Assembly (NCBI GenBank): GCA_016839785.1
Contig: JAEOTQ010000236.1
Coordinates: 1-37,146 of the forward strand
DNA: 37,146 nt
Direction: 5' to 3'
From: Candidatus Hodarchaeota archaeon
GTDB lineage: Archaea > Asgardarchaeota > Heimdallarchaeia > Hodarchaeales > Hodarchaeaceae
The notes below the pieces were generated by a model. It ran no database searches. It was not told the origin of the DNA and saw only the letters and a program-made list of their open reading frames with translations. Every line of letters begins with the position of its first letter. Position 1 is the first letter of the stretch. The position numbers and the translations under genes are program-made. Shown here piece after piece: positions 9,308-18,309 of this stretch.

Positions 9308-9395
9308 TTGTTACAAGACCTTTTTTACACATTTGTAAACCTGAATCTTTTTTTCTACATGATTCTAGTTGGTCAAGTACCAAAAAATTCCTGTG

Positions 9396-9411
9396 TTTAT
9401 ATATATTTTCG
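9396..9411 (-). promoter_or_regulatory. BRE + TATA box for the condensation-domain gene
   Basis: Minus strand reads CGAAAA-TATATATAAA, almost identical to the element at 403-418. Confidence 0.6.
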
Positions 9412-9602
9412 TTCCGACACAAAAATTCAGAAAATTCAGCTAACTATATAAAGCTGTTAAAATAGAGCTAACTGTATTATTTGGTAACAAAATGAGAGGA
9501 CATTAAGTTTCTATCGTTTGAAATATTCATAATGAATTGCCAATTTTCATTTATAAACAAAAATTCAACCATTTACTCGATTAGGATAGTTGATTCAGAT
9601 AT

Positions 9603-10733
9603 GTGAATATCATGAGCCTTGATGAGATAAAAAGAGAATTCATTCACTTTATGGAAGAGAAACACAGTGGATTTCTTTTTCCAAGGAAATATTTCGGTTG
9701 CATGATGGCAGTATTCATTGAACAGGAACCTATAACTCAAGATCGAATCGAAGAATTGACGGATTATTCTAAAACCACAATTTCCCAGATGTTAAAACTA
9801 TTACAAGTGAATTTTCCGTTAAAAACCCATAAAAAATCAGGTATTAGAAAAAAATACTATACAATTGATGCAACACCGCGAGAATTTATGCTTAGAGTTC
9901 TCACGAGCATTATCGATTTATATAAAGATAGAGTAGATTTCTTCCCCCTGCTCATCGAGGAAATTAGACCATATACTCAGAAACATCCTAAGTTCAAGAG
10001 ATTTATACAGTTTTTAGAAAATTATTACCATTTTTCTACTCTCTATATGCAGCTCTTAGCGGAGACCTCCCAAGAATTACGAGAATTGGTGAATACGGGA
10101 CAGATTAATGCCTCAGAGCTATCTAACTATAATATTTTAAGTTCACCAGAATATCAAAGAGAAATACAGATTCTCTTGGCCCCCCCAACAGAATCTGAAC
10201 GCTTTCTTGCTCAACAAATTAAAGAACCAAGCTTAGCAAAGCAATATGTTCAATTCAGACAGAAATTCTTCCAAAAGTTTCGAGAAAATCTCACTTATTC
10301 AGGATCCCAGCAATCCATTGCACGAGCGATTATTGGTACAGAATTATTACTCGAACAACGGCCTCTCACACAAGAGGAGATAGAACGAGCTACAAACTTT
10401 CAGCGTAGCACAATATCAGACACCCTCAAACTCTTATTGAAAATGCAGATGATAGGGGTAGTAAAAAGACCTGGAGATCGAAAAAAATACTATGAAATAG
10501 TCCAATCATGGGATGCACGGACGATTAGACGATTTAGAATAAATATCATCTACGCGAAGGAGATGAAGGACAAAATGAGTGAGTGGAAAGAAAAGGTTGA
10601 AACAGAAACATTAGATAAGGGAAACTCCTCGTTATCTCGCTTTTTAGAAGATATTCATCATACTTATGTCCAATTTGAAAATTATTTCAGATTACTTGAG
10701 GTGAAATATCTAAATATTCGGTTAAAAGGTTGA
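9603..10733 (+). CDS. Transcriptional regulator with two tandem GbsR/MarR-like wHTH domains
   Basis: PITQDRIEELTDYSKTTISQMLKLL...SGIRKKYY is repeated as PLTQEEIERATNFQRSTISDTLKLL...PGDRKKYY. Start may be ATG 9612. Confidence 0.82.
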   Translation: MNIMSLDEIKREFIHFMEEKHSGFLFPRKYFGCMMAVFIEQEPITQDRIEELTDYSKTTISQMLKLLQVNFPLKTHKKSGIRKKYYTIDATPREFMLRVLTSIIDLYKDRVDFFPLLIEEIRPYTQKHPKFKRFIQFLENYYHFSTLYMQLLAETSQELRELVNTGQINASELSNYNILSSPEYQREIQILLAPPTESERFLAQQIKEPSLAKQYVQFRQKFFQKFRENLTYSGSQQSIARAIIGTELLLEQRPLTQEEIERATNFQRSTISDTLKLLLKMQMIGVVKRPGDRKKYYEIVQSWDARTIRRFRINIIYAKEMKDKMSEWKEKVETETLDKGNSSLSRFLEDIHHTYVQFENYFRLLEVKYLNIRLKG

Positions 10734-10872
10734 AAACAAATAATCAACAAACTGATAGTTGATAGATTATTATGTTTCTGCCACAATAACAAACTATTTA
10801 TCTAAAATTGCTCTAAAAGCCGATATTAGGATTCTAAAAATGCTATCGAAGTAGATATTTGGGGATAAAAAT

Positions 10873-12789
10873 TTGAAAACCAATCGTCGCTTAATATTGT
10901 CAGTAATAATTGTTGGTCTTGTTTTATTTACCTTTAATACTTATTTTTCTTCCTTTTCTACGGATTTAAAATTTGTTAAAAACGATAAACATGAAATATC
11001 AGATGTTACTGAACAAGCTGGGAATTTACGAGAATCTAGAACAGGAGCTGAGGGCCTCACTAATTACTCACTAGATTTGGTTTTAGATTCAACAAGTCAT
11101 TATCTCTCTGGAACGTTGATATTAGATTATGTCAATCAGGAAGATATTACGATGGATAAACTGTATTTTCATCTATTCCCGAATGCCTCAGTGAATGAAG
11201 ATGTTCCTGGGTATTTACTTGTTAACGCAGTTAAGATAAAAGACCAAACGCAGGATCTAGATTTTACTTTTGGAAACCAATTGCTTAATCTCACTCTTCC
11301 TCAACCCTTACTTCCGAATGAGGAATTTTCTCTTTGGATGGATTTTGAAACAGCCATTACCAGTAACGAGTCTTTTCGACTGAACTATAAAGATGATCCT
11401 GAGATGGGATTGGTGTATGCTTTATGTAATTATTATCCAATATTGGCCGTATTTGATGATGATGGTTGGAACCTAGAACCCCAGTATTTTATTGGTGATC
11501 CCTTCTACTCTGATGTAGCAAATTATTTTGTCAATTTAACTGTACCCTCTGATTTCAAAGTTGCCTCCTCAGGAGAATTAATGGGACAAAGTCTAGAAGT
11601 TTCTAACCAGATAGAATATAAATATGAGTTAATAAAAGCGCGTGATTTTAGCTTTGCGATCAGTCCTGACTATATTTTGGAAAGTGGAGTATTTAATTCA
11701 ATTCCAGTTAATGTTTACTATTTGCCTCGTGATGCAGGAAATTGGTCGAATTTTGCTCTCAATGTAGCTTTATATTCATTAGATTTATTCACAGATCTGT
11801 ACGGGCCTTATCCTTACAATTCATTTGCGATTGCCACCACTTTTGGCAATTATGGTGGAATGGAATGGCCAGGAATCGTATATATTCAATCTGGCTATGA
11901 GTGGTTTGAGACTGGTATTGCTCATGAGATAGCACATCAATGGTTTTATGCTGTTGTAGGAAATGATCAAATTGATGAGGGCTTTGTGGATGAAGGAATA
12001 GTCTGTTATAGTCATTGGTATTATTTTGAAGAACGATATGAATATACTGAAGCATTTTCTGATGCACATCTATGGAGAACGGCAGAAACTAGTAATGATA
12101 CTCAGTACCCTGAGGGATTAGTAATAAATCGGTCAATAAACTATATAATTGAAAATGATTTAGACTCAGGTTATTATTGGGAGGCTGCATATCATAAAAC
12201 ACCCTCCGTCCTTCACATGTTACGAACCTATATTGGTGATGAAAATTTCTTTAATGGTCTCAAGAGATTTTATTCACAGTACAGTTTCCGAATTGCTACC
12301 TTCAATAACCTGATTGAAAGTTTTAATTATTATATCAATATAGATTGGTTTTTACCATGGTTCAATGAAGGTTTTATTCCTGAAATTGAAGTTGTTTCAG
12401 CTCAACTTGAAAATATTGCGGTAAGTGGGTATAATTTATCTATCACCTTAAAACAAACTGGAAATTCAGTATACTCGACAAAAGTCCCTTTTATCATCTC
12501 GCTGAGTAGCGGAGCAGATACTGTTGTTTGGGTTTGGAGTAATACCTCAATAGCTAGTTCATCCCATATTCTTTTGGACAAAAAACCGTTGTCTCTAACA
12601 GCTGATTTATCTAGTGGATATTTGTATTCACTTAACCTTCTAGAAATGGATCCATTTTCTATTTCCGATAATAGACATGAATCGAGTAAAACTGATGATA
12701 CAGATACCTCTGCATCTTGGTTAATAGTTACACCAGTAATTATAACCCTAGTACTAATTGTCATTGGCACTAAACGCAGAAAAATATGA
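10873..12789 (+). CDS. Secreted, membrane-anchored M1-family zinc aminopeptidase
   Basis: GGMEW (GAMEN-like) and HEIAH-X18-E; N-terminal signal/TM; C-terminal TM followed by a KRRK tail. Confidence 0.9.
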   Translation: MKTNRRLILSVIIVGLVLFTFNTYFSSFSTDLKFVKNDKHEISDVTEQAGNLRESRTGAEGLTNYSLDLVLDSTSHYLSGTLILDYVNQEDITMDKLYFHLFPNASVNEDVPGYLLVNAVKIKDQTQDLDFTFGNQLLNLTLPQPLLPNEEFSLWMDFETAITSNESFRLNYKDDPEMGLVYALCNYYPILAVFDDDGWNLEPQYFIGDPFYSDVANYFVNLTVPSDFKVASSGELMGQSLEVSNQIEYKYELIKARDFSFAISPDYILESGVFNSIPVNVYYLPRDAGNWSNFALNVALYSLDLFTDLYGPYPYNSFAIATTFGNYGGMEWPGIVYIQSGYEWFETGIAHEIAHQWFYAVVGNDQIDEGFVDEGIVCYSHWYYFEERYEYTEAFSDAHLWRTAETSNDTQYPEGLVINRSINYIIENDLDSGYYWEAAYHKTPSVLHMLRTYIGDENFFNGLKRFYSQYSFRIATFNNLIESFNYYINIDWFLPWFNEGFIPEIEVVSAQLENIAVSGYNLSITLKQTGNSVYSTKVPFIISLSSGADTVVWVWSNTSIASSSHILLDKKPLSLTADLSSGYLYSLNLLEMDPFSISDNRHESSKTDDTDTSASWLIVTPVIITLVLIVIGTKRRKI

Positions 12790-12919
12790 GAGTATGGAGG
12801 AAGGGCGAATCAAGTCTATTCTTTGAAAGAAATTCGACTATCTTATGTGAAGTAATTAAGACTTATAAATGAGGTAAATTCGAAATTACAGGTCGTTTAA
12901 ATCGCTGTGAGGACAAAAT

Positions 12920-13276
12920 ATGGAGTTAAAGGACGCTGAATCTCTCTTAGATGGTGGAACTACCAGTCTAAAAGTAGTAGAAAGAGGCAAATCCAAATTT
13001 ATTACTATTGATTACTCGCTGCCAATGGATGGAAGACCTCGTTACGTCTATTTAGGAAAAACTCTCTTTTCAAGAGGTAAACAACTTGAAATAAATTCAG
13101 AGGAAGAAAAGCAAATTGCTTTTTGGGTGAAGGATCAATTAATTTCTTTATTTGGGGAATATCAGCTGGAAGAGTTTCTTGCTGGAAGAGCCCCAAACTT
13201 AACAAGGGAAGGAAAATGGCTTTTTGCTTTAAATTTTTATCGAATTCTATCGTTAGAGCGAGAATATTTTGAATAG
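12920..13276 (+). CDS. Hypothetical protein (118 aa)
   Basis: ATG preceded by GAGGA; no motif recognised. Confidence 0.6.
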   Translation: MELKDAESLLDGGTTSLKVVERGKSKFITIDYSLPMDGRPRYVYLGKTLFSRGKQLEINSEEEKQIAFWVKDQLISLFGEYQLEEFLAGRAPNLTREGKWLFALNFYRILSLEREYFE

Positions 13277-13335
13277 AGGAAATTGCGTTTTTTGAGTGGA
13301 TAGGCTGAAATATTCTTGACAGAAAGGGTCACCAA

Positions 13336-14253
13336 ATGACCCAGCCAAATTCTCAGTTGGAAAATTCAAAACAAACGATTGATAGCCACCACCACTTCTT
13401 TACGAAAGACAGTGTGACAGCTTTTAATCGAATGATTCCACCTGAAAGTTATCAAGATAATCCTAAATTTCAACAATTTCTTGAAGAGCTTCCCACTACC
13501 GAAGAAAGAGCCAAACTAACCGTTGTTGAAATGGAAAAATCATCGGTGGATAAAATCCTACTTATGTCTTTTAGCGGAGATTTTGAGACGGTTTATCGTG
13601 CTCGCGAAATGTACCCTGATAAATTCCTAGCCCTAATTCCATTTGTTGATCCTCGTTATGATCCTCCTGAAATAATAGGTGACTATAAGAAAAAGGGAGC
13701 AGTATCTGTAAAGTTTTATCCTGGATCTTGGGGAAATAATTTTAACTTCAATGATCCGCGAATATTTCCTTATTTAGAAAAATGTCTCGAATTAGAACTT
13801 GTTCCAATGGTCCACTTTGGTGTAATGAAAGGAGGCCCTGTGAATCTAAATGCCTGGCCGGCAAATCCTTTAGAACTACGCCCTTGGCTTCAAAATCCCA
13901 AATTAGTTGATCAGAAGTATATAATCGCCCATTTTGGCGCAGGATATCTTCGAGAAGTATTTCTTATGGCGTATTCACATCAAAAGCGGCTATACGTAGA
14001 TACTAGTGGATCTAATGATTGGATAATATGGTCACCTTTTCCTAACTTAACCCAAGTATTTGAAAAGAGTATTCACGCTTTATCTTCCCAGCATATACTC
14101 TTTGGAACAGACTCTGGTCGATTAACTATGCGACACGATGTGGCTTTACGTCAGAAGGGTATTTTAGAAGATTTAGTGACAAGGAGAGTAATCTCTGATG
14201 AAGATCGATGGGATATTCTTGGGAATAATACTCAACGATTACTCCTATCTTGA
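13336..14253 (+). CDS. Amidohydrolase-2 family TIM-barrel metallohydrolase
   Basis: IDSHHH, VKFYP, MVHFG, IIAHFG, YVDTS and LFGTD motifs. Confidence 0.88.
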   Translation: MTQPNSQLENSKQTIDSHHHFFTKDSVTAFNRMIPPESYQDNPKFQQFLEELPTTEERAKLTVVEMEKSSVDKILLMSFSGDFETVYRAREMYPDKFLALIPFVDPRYDPPEIIGDYKKKGAVSVKFYPGSWGNNFNFNDPRIFPYLEKCLELELVPMVHFGVMKGGPVNLNAWPANPLELRPWLQNPKLVDQKYIIAHFGAGYLREVFLMAYSHQKRLYVDTSGSNDWIIWSPFPNLTQVFEKSIHALSSQHILFGTDSGRLTMRHDVALRQKGILEDLVTRRVISDEDRWDILGNNTQRLLLS

Positions 14254-14257
14254 ATCT

Positions 14258-15037
14258 TCATTCGGTTTTAAGCCAATCTCGTAGAGCAACTTTAACAGAA
14301 CGACGCATTTCTGCAGCATAATCAGAACCAGTCTTTCTTAAGTACACATGTTGTCCGATATTCTGTGCACCTTTCAAGAAATTGTTACTTTTAATTTTAT
14401 ATTGATCTACTAACACTTTTTCGAACTCTTGACTACTTTTGGGATCATAAGTATCTTTAAAATAAACAAAATCTTTAGGAAATCGATTAGTTGTTTTTCT
14501 TGAAGAAATCTCCCTTTTAGAGTAACCGAAACATAAGAGAGTGATAGGAAATACCCATTTTGGTAAGTTAAACATTTCACGATGGATTTCTATATTTTCC
14601 ATAATATCTCCTATGTAACAGGATCCAATACCTAGTGCTTCAGCTCCTATAACTGCATTCTCAGCTGCAATTAATGCATCACAGCACGCTAATAACAGAT
14701 CAGATTCTTGGGGAGTCATATACTCTTCATTATGACTTTTACAATATTCAGGAACCCCCGAGTACTGAAATAAACTATACCATCTTTGCAAATCTGCTAA
14801 AAATAAAAGGACAAAAGGTGCTTTGGCAATAAATGGTTGATTGTCACATGTTTGAACCAATCTCTCCTTTTTTTCCTGATCAGCCACTTCAATCATAGAA
14901 TAATGCATCATATTTCCTGCAGTTGGGGCACGCATAGCACTATGGACAATTAATTCTTTATCCTTCGATGAAAGAAGTTGAGGACTATAAGTTCGTAAAG
15001 ATTTTCGATTTTCAATAATTTTTAATGTTTCATTCAT
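14258..15037 (-). CDS. Nitroreductase / NADPH-flavin reductase (NfsA/FRP-like)
   Basis: RKSLRTY, APTAGNMM, QPFIAKAP, FLADLQRW, DALIAAEN and GIGSCYIG. Confidence 0.92.
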   Translation of the reverse strand: MNETLKIIENRKSLRTYSPQLLSSKDKELIVHSAMRAPTAGNMMHYSMIEVADQEKKERLVQTCDNQPFIAKAPFVLLFLADLQRWYSLFQYSGVPEYCKSHNEEYMTPQESDLLLACCDALIAAENAVIGAEALGIGSCYIGDIMENIEIHREMFNLPKWVFPITLLCFGYSKREISSRKTTNRFPKDFVYFKDTYDPKSSQEFEKVLVDQYKIKSNNFLKGAQNIGQHVYLRKTGSDYAAEMRRSVKVALRDWLKTE

Positions 15038-15100
15038 AATTAAACGTGAAAGAATTAGTGTTTTAATTTTTTGTTTATTGAAAAGACCTTGATCCTAGTC

Positions 15101-15331
15101 CTATGCAAATTGAGTCATTAATATGAAAATTAAGAACACTAGAAAGATGAACAAAATGAAAATTACAATGGGTAAAATTTCCTTTTCACGTTGTTTGATT
15201 TCACGCCAGCATTCTTCGCAAAAAATCTAAGGAACAAAGATTGAGGGGAGAATGAAAATACCTCGCTTCTTTACTGGGCCTATAATTACATTTTTACGGT
15301 GGGAACATTTATTCAAAGGTGTTACTTCCAT
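15101..15331 (-). pseudogene. Small Zn-finger plus TM protein interrupted by an in-frame TAG (not in the ORF track)
   Basis: Translation: MEVTPLNKCSHRKNVIIGPVKKRGIFILPSIFVP*IFCEECWREIKQREKEILPIVIFILFIFLVFLIFILMTQFA*. Internal TAG at 15227-15229. Confidence 0.55.
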
Positions 15332-15436
15332 TTTTTTAGTTTTGTATAATGGAAACCGAGAGTATAATATGTTCAATCATTCCCGAACCTCCTGAATAAA
15401 CTGCTTTTGTCGTCTAAATTCGAGATATGACTTAGA

Positions 15437-16972
15437 TCAAAAAGGTAGATATTGTAGAAGAATCGAACCAAGGGGTAATAGGAGACCTGATAGAGCACTA
15501 AGCTTACCACCATAAGTTCGAACATAAAACATTAAATCGCGTGTGACGTCAACTGACAATGTTTCGGCGAATATACTACCCCGCTCTTTCTCGGAGATTG
15601 ATAGGTGAAATAAATGAGTCGAAAAATCCCTTCGCTCAACTGTAAACCAAGTGGCATCTCCGATCTGCAAAATTTGTGTTAGTAAACCTAAAATGTCTTG
15701 TGAGCCACCAGAAATAAAATCAAGTTTATGATTTTCAATTTGAATTTCCTGTGCTTCATCTAATGGTACTGAAATGTTTAGATCTTCCATAAAATGCTTT
15801 TGTGGTCCGCTTACTTTGAAATCTACCATCCTTTTCCTATCTCGGTAACGTGAAACATCCTTATTCAGAGCGAACATCAAAAATCGAAAGGGATTTTCAT
15901 TCCCAACTACCTTCTCTGGAGCCGCTACATTCACCCATATATCTTGATTATCAAGAAAATCTTCTAAATTATCAGTGAGTTCAATAATCAACCTATCGAT
16001 AGTCATAAAAACTTCAGGTATTCGTGATAATAATTGATCGAATATATCTGTAAGGATAGTAAAGGTTATCGCTGATTTTCCCCCCGAGCTAAATTCAGTA
16101 TATTTCCTTTCGTCAATTACTTCAATCATTTCGGATTTAAAGCTTTCAGAAGGTAGAAGTATGGGCATTCTCTTTTTTATGTAGAATAGTAAAAGTATCT
16201 TTTCTCGAGCGCGCTCTACGCGTGTAACAGAATCGAATCCATATTCGAATGCTGGATTTAAGGATGAGCGAATGGTTTCAGTCCACTCATCAAAACGCAT
16301 TTTGGTAATAGGATCTAAAAATGCTAAAACGGCATCGGTAAGGAGATTATCAAGGATAAGAGGGGTTTGACGTGGGTAATAATATTTTAGAAAGGCACCT
16401 ACTTCAAAACTAGGCTTTTCTGGAATTTTCAAAAGAAGAAGAATTCCAATCGCAATGAGTACAAGACCTATTGCACTAAAAATCAAGATGGGTCTAAGAA
16501 ATGCTCCTTCGAGAGCAGAAAAATCTTGTCCAGTAAGATCAATGACGAGTTTATTGATACCATCATTTTCTTGCAAGAAAGGTATAACCATAACAACCGT
16601 TAACATTAGTACCCAAGAAATAAATATTACACCCGCTATTATAGCAGAGTTTAATAGAACTTGTTTAGTAAAAGCAGTAACAGAACTGAAACCTTCTAGA
16701 CTGTCCACTGGAAATCCTTCTTCTGCTTTCTTCTGAGTCTCTACTTTAAAGCTCCTACTAACAAGAAGTCCATTAATTAAATATGTTAAAGAATTTCCGA
16801 ATAAAAGAGTCCATAATACTCCTGCTATTTTCATTTCACCAGCAGTAGGAAGAAAATTCCCTGAAATCATGCTCACTAAGATTAAAACCGGGAGCAATAC
16901 CATGAGAAATGGTCCAATTTTTCTGCAATACGTGTTCAGTATACTATTAACGCTCATAAAAAACCCAAACAT
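15437..16972 (-). CDS. Hypothetical membrane protein (about 4 N-terminal TMs, ~300-aa soluble region, C-terminal hydrophobic helix)
   Basis: 511-aa ORF with a clear hydropathy pattern; no family motif recognised. Confidence 0.75.
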   Translation of the reverse strand: MFGFFMSVNSILNTYCRKIGPFLMVLLPVLILVSMISGNFLPTAGEMKIAGVLWTLLFGNSLTYLINGLLVSRSFKVETQKKAEEGFPVDSLEGFSSVTAFTKQVLLNSAIIAGVIFISWVLMLTVVMVIPFLQENDGINKLVIDLTGQDFSALEGAFLRPILIFSAIGLVLIAIGILLLLKIPEKPSFEVGAFLKYYYPRQTPLILDNLLTDAVLAFLDPITKMRFDEWTETIRSSLNPAFEYGFDSVTRVERAREKILLLFYIKKRMPILLPSESFKSEMIEVIDERKYTEFSSGGKSAITFTILTDIFDQLLSRIPEVFMTIDRLIIELTDNLEDFLDNQDIWVNVAAPEKVVGNENPFRFLMFALNKDVSRYRDRKRMVDFKVSGPQKHFMEDLNISVPLDEAQEIQIENHKLDFISGGSQDILGLLTQILQIGDATWFTVERRDFSTHLFHLSISEKERGSIFAETLSVDVTRDLMFYVRTYGGKLSALSGLLLPLGSILLQYLPF

Positions 16973-17249
16973 CTAATTTGATGTTAGGATTGGGATTAAT
17001 TAAGATTAAAAAAACAATCCATTCAGTTTTTCAACTTAGTTAATTTGTCCTTAATGTGAATTATGATCCTTGTCCATAAGATTCTTCCTTATTTACAGTA
17101 GTTAATCGATTTTTAGGTTTAGTATTTCTTTACCTATTTGAAACATTTCTTCTCTTTACATTTTCCATTTTTGTGTGGAAGTTGTATTTACCGTATACAT
17201 AAGCCATATATAGACTTATAGTCGAAAGCTGAAATAGTGAGAATTACCT

Positions 17250-17609
17250 GTGTCAATCGATTCACTCCTTCCTAAATGGACCACTGAGTTTAAAAAGGGT
17301 TATTCTAAGCCATTAATTCTGTTTACTCTTTCTAAAGTGGAAAAAAGTTACGCTTATCTCCTAACAAAAAAGATTCTTGAGCTAACTAAAGGTGAAATAT
17401 CCATTGCTGGGTCGAATATCTATCCAATGCTTTCTAAACTTGAAAGGGATAATTTGATTACTAGCCAACTCGATGAGTCTGAGAGAAAATTCTATACACT
17501 CACGCAGAAAGGTACGGACTTTCTTAAGAATCTAGAAACTGAGATTCAAAAATTCAATTCCATTATGCTCGAGATAATAAATCCAAATCAAAGTCACGGA
17601 GACATGTAA
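17250..17609 (+). CDS. PadR-family transcriptional regulator (short form)
   Basis: EFKKG, SYAYLL, GSNIYPMLSKLERDNLI and RKFYTLTQKG. Confidence 0.9.
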   Translation: MSIDSLLPKWTTEFKKGYSKPLILFTLSKVEKSYAYLLTKKILELTKGEISIAGSNIYPMLSKLERDNLITSQLDESERKFYTLTQKGTDFLKNLETEIQKFNSIMLEIINPNQSHGDM

Positions 17610-17613
17610 GAAA

Positions 17614-18279
17614 ATGACAAAGAAGTATTCAGATCCTATTGATGGGTACATTTGGGAGGTAGGGAATTTATTACCCTATCCAGAGGAAATTAAAAGACCC
17701 GTTCTTGAAGATTTGAAAAAAGACGTTCAGGATGCAATGGGAGAAGATAAAAGACCGCCCGCTGTTGTCTTTGGATCCCCTGTTGACGTTGCCAAGAATG
17801 TAAGTTTGGCACAATCTTGGGGTATCACATCTGCTAGTTGGTCAAAGCGTATGGTAGCATCAGTGATAGATTCTACTATTATAGGCTTTTTATTTGCCAT
17901 AGCTATATTTATTAGGTTTGCTCTTCTCGGATTCGACATCGATAAAGTTGCTATACCATTCCATAATATGGAAATGGATTTTGGGTTTCTATTCATTAGC
18001 CTCCCAATTTTTGGATTTATGGTAGGCTATTTTATAATTTTAGAGCAAACATATTCGACTACCCTAGGGAAACGATTACTTGGATTGACTGTGGTCGATG
18101 AAACTGGTATTAAGATTTCGTGGAACCAATCAATACTGAGGAATTTATCTAAGATACCTCTAGTTGGATTCTTTCTTCTAATTGATCTTTTTGTAGGGAT
18201 TTTTTCGGAAAAAACACGTGGACGAAATCAACGGATGCTAGATTTTGTTGCAGGAACTAAGGTAATTCAAAATAAATAA
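17614..18279 (+). CDS. RDD-family membrane protein with N-terminal HAAS-like domain
   Basis: N-terminal YIWEVGNLLP...FGSPVDVAK; RDD motifs KRMVASVID, TLGKRLLGLTVV and QRMLDFVAGTKV. Confidence 0.88.
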   Translation: MTKKYSDPIDGYIWEVGNLLPYPEEIKRPVLEDLKKDVQDAMGEDKRPPAVVFGSPVDVAKNVSLAQSWGITSASWSKRMVASVIDSTIIGFLFAIAIFIRFALLGFDIDKVAIPFHNMEMDFGFLFISLPIFGFMVGYFIILEQTYSTTLGKRLLGLTVVDETGIKISWNQSILRNLSKIPLVGFFLLIDLFVGIFSEKTRGRNQRMLDFVAGTKVIQNK

Positions 18280-18309
18280 TTTATGATTATTATAATATAA
18301 GGTGTTTAC

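Noticed and set aside
15227-15229. TAG as pyrrolysine
   Set aside because: No pyl genes or methylamine methyltransferase context in the window, TAG ends many ordinary genes here, and a second lesion (Cys to Arg) favours decay.
17191-17225. Short palindromes (GTATAC, GACTTATAGTC) upstream of the second PadR
   Set aside because: Too short to distinguish from chance in AT-rich DNA, and they do not match the first PadR boxes.
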